A stretch of 63,165 nucleotides of DNA, counting the filler, from Octopus bimaculoides (taxonomy: Eukaryota): assembly GCF_001194135.2 (NCBI RefSeq). It is 3 parts of 3 records of this genome, joined end to end, with 100 filler letters (N's around TTAATTAATTAA, not from the genome) between each part and the next. Parts side by side here need not be neighbours in the genome. Positions count along the whole stretch, not along the records: positions 53,853 to 63,165 come from NC_069001.1; 2 more parts are not named here. One strand, 5' to 3'. A program made the translations under genes and the position numbers. Positions 62,858 to 63,165 of the stretch are shown one piece after another (the first letter of the stretch is position 1; every line of letters starts with the position of its first letter). Below the pieces are notes generated by a model. That model was not told the DNA's origin. It searched no databases and saw nothing but the letters and a program-made list of their open reading frames with translations.

Positions 62858-63165
62858 GTCGGCACTCCGTCGCTTACGACGTCGAGGGTTCCATTTGATC
62901 CGATCAACGGAACGGCCTACTCGTGAAATTAACGTGCAAGTGGCTGAGCACTCCACAGACACGTGTACCCTTAACATAGTTTTCGGGGATATTCAGCGTG
63001 ACACAGAGTGTGACAAGGCTGACCCTTTGAAATACAGGCACAACAGAAACAGGAAATAAGAGTGAGAGAAAGTTGTGGCGAAAGAGTACAGCAGGGTTCG
63101 CCACCATCCCCTGCCGGAGCCTCGTGGAGCTTTAGGTGTTTTCGCTCAATAAACACTCACAACGC
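62858..63165 (-). mobile_element. SINE sharing the family A 3' module but with a different 5' part
   Basis: 62858-63040 matches the A body; 63040-63165 is unrelated to the A head. Confidence 0.8.

Overview
Repeat-dense, AT-rich eukaryotic DNA from a fragmented short-read assembly. The SINE families and extreme microsatellite load point to a coleoid cephalopod, most likely Octopus (inference). There are many N-gaps, nearly all next to microsatellites. Two 100-bp spacers (44N-TTAATTAATTAA-44N at 24353-24452 and 53753-53852) are artificial joins, so the window is probably three independent blocks. Most recognisable sequence is decayed mobile DNA: at least three tRNA-derived SINE families, about nine fragments of R4/Dong-like REL retrotransposons sitting in (AAT)n tracts, a noncoding (AAT)n-associated element, HERO-like, Tx1/L1-like and RTE LINE fragments, two Penelope-like GIY-YIG fragments, hammerhead-ribozyme-like motifs, three mariner copies, one DD41D (Visitor/rosa) transposase and several foldback MITEs. 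No complete host gene can be built. The best host feature is the probable last exon of an ML-domain (GM2-activator/NPC2-like) gene at 54000-54089. Several other candidate exons and an E2F/YY1 promoter-like island (14440-14560) are weaker. There is no CRISPR array, rRNA or true tRNA. I found no clear new multi-gene system; the most interesting signals concern mobile-element RNA biology.
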